From assembly GCF_018977255.1 (NCBI RefSeq), contig NW_024704742.1:75766001-75830000 (forward strand): 64,000 bases of DNA, given 5' to 3'. Source of the DNA: Callorhinchus milii (lineage: Eukaryota). Position numbers and translations under genes: made by a program. How positions within the stretch are numbered: the stretch's first letter is position 1; each line of letters starts with the position of its first letter. Shown here piece by piece: positions 61,995 through 64,000 of this stretch. The notes below the pieces were generated by a model that did no database searches, was not told the DNA's origin, and saw only the letters and a program-made list of their open reading frames with translations.

Positions 61995-63957
61995 CTAATT
62001 AAATATTAGAAGAGAACAATGAGAAGGATTTCTCTCCTCCCAGGGCATGTTGAACACATTAGAGAGGTGCAGTGCTGATGTTCAGTAATATTACATCAGT
62101 AGTATGTACTCAATAGCAGCAGATGAGCACTGTAGTAAGTTCAAATTGTACTCAAGCTCCAGCCTGCTTCACGTCCCCCGCCCCCCCCCTCCCCCCTTTA
62201 TGATTAGGTCACACACAGAGTTATTTTATATGCAAACAGTTGCCTCCATACCTGCAGAAGCAGCAGATCCCATTCATTTTCTTTAGTGTTGTTCCATTAC
62301 TGCGGTGATGCTTTTGAAACAGCAGACTACCCACTAGCAGCCCAAATTCCTCTCCCACATAGTGTCCTGCAAACTAATACTATTTGGTTTATATTCTTGC
62401 CCAATATTTTCACTCTGGATTCATCCTCATTCAGTAACATTGCCACTTTATCAGCCCAAATCTGTATCCTATTCCTATTTGTATTTAGTCAGCCAGTTCT
62501 CCTCCATTTGTATCTACCACCAGACTGACATCGCCAGCCGATTTAGGTAACTGTTGTTTATGTTCTCACTTTGAAATAGTTTATGTACAGTATAAGTATT
62601 ATTGACCCAAACATGGAGACCTGCATTGCTATCAACAGATGGACAGAGCAGTGCCAGTGGAGAGACAATTGAGTTGGGGAAGGAAAGTTAGGACAGGAAG
62701 CAGCAAGGTCTGAGTGGTTGTGGGAGGAGGGTAAATGAGAGGTAGAAACTTATAACCGTAATATTCATCCTTGCGTTTGGTATAGTGGCTTTCACGTCAG
62801 GAGGTCTCAAATGCGCTTCATGGGATATACTATAAAATAATAATCCTTGTATTTGATATGCGCCTATCACATTGTTAAGATGTCTCAAAGCGATTCACAG
62901 GATATAATGTAAAGTGGATTGGCTGTATAGTTTGTGGGTGAAATCCGGCTGCCAAGTTGCACACAGCAATGTTCCACAAACAACCATGAAGTGAGTGACC
63001 AACTTTATTTGTGAATTATTGGCCACGACACCGAGAGTAACTCCCTTTCCTTTTTGAATAGTACCAAGGTATCTTTAACATCCACCTGAACAGGCAGACG
63101 GACCTCGGTTTAACATCTCATCCAACAATGCAGCACACCTCCAGCACTGCACTGGAGGGTCAGCCTAGATCAAATAAGTTCCGAAATGTGGAGCTTCGAC
63201 CCGCAATCCTTTGGACTCGTAGAAGAGAGTGCTACCAACTGAGCCAGGCTGACACGCAATTGGATGAAATGAGAAAGAGGAGTTGAAAATTGAAGTCAGA
63301 CATGGTGTGGAGTGCTATGTGTTCAAGACAGAGATATGTCAGAGGCTGGTAGCACGAGTGCCTGAGATTGGGAGAAAAGAGTCAGAGGTGGAGGCAAGCT
63401 AAAGGGGAGGGGGTTGATCCAATGGCACAGTTATCTCACACAGATTTTGAAATTGTGAAAAATTATTTTGTATTGAGTAAAATGTTATAAAGCCTGAGCA
63501 AGGATTAATTACTATCTGTAAGTTTATCAAGGACACTTCCACTCCACTCTGTAGATTGTGTGTAAGGGAGTCAGAGATGCAGATGCAGGGGATAATTTAA
63601 GTTTTGATGAATCAGCGCTAGTCTTTTCTCATGTTTGCACAGATGTAATTTGCTTACAAAAATACATTCACTACATTTTACAATGAATCCTGTAAAACGT
63701 TTTGAGATATCTTCCCAACATGAAAGGCGCTGTACCAAATGCAAGGATAATTATTTATTATGATACTAGTCACTGCTTTCAGAATTAGATCTGTGCTGCA
63801 GTGGTGTTTTTCTCTACAGGAGATACAGCTGGTCTAATCCCAGTTGCTCCTCATACCCTTTATTGAAAATAGCCTCTGGTGGGAGCTTTATTTAATATCA
63901 TTGGCTGCAATGCCATGCTGTAATTACAGGCAGACGTAGACAAGCTTGCTCCTGTAC

Positions 63958-64000
63958 CTTGGAGTTTGCCACTTCAGTCAGCCCAAGCTCTTTGATGACC
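63958..64000 (-). CDS. ABCG2: ABCG2 exon equivalent to human exon 5 (3' part only, cut by the window edge)
   Basis: VIKELGLTEVANSK followed by donor AAG|GTACAG; in frame with the next exon. Confidence 0.88.

Overview
Eukaryotic (vertebrate) genomic DNA. The repeat landscape (CR1 and L2 LINEs, Deu-domain tRNA SINEs) suggests a cartilaginous fish; this is inference. Two spliced genes lie on the minus strand. ABCG2 contributes the 3' end of the exon equivalent to human exon 5 plus exons 6-16 to the stop at 39999; all junctions are GT-AG and in phase. DNAJB14 contributes coding exons 1-2, and the rest lies left of the window. Most other ORFs in the track are LINE fragments or translations of simple repeats. 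The main unexplained feature is a 2684-bp segment present twice (27793-30476 and 51142-53825, about 99% identical). It carries an intronless ORF I cannot assign to a family, encoding a 169-aa protein that starts MGCCGSKK, a myristoylation/palmitoylation signal. The copy inside an ABCG2 intron is antisense to the host, flanked by a 37-bp direct repeat, and intact. The intergenic copy, which looks like the donor, has a nonsense codon. Other notable items: a 72-bp loopless palindrome, a complete hAT-like MITE with TIRs and an 8-bp TSD, three in-frame tandem splice donors after an ABCG2 exon, a G-rich VNTR abutting the DNAJB14 start codon, and an unclassified structured dispersed repeat. Comparisons with human genes are from memory and need database confirmation.
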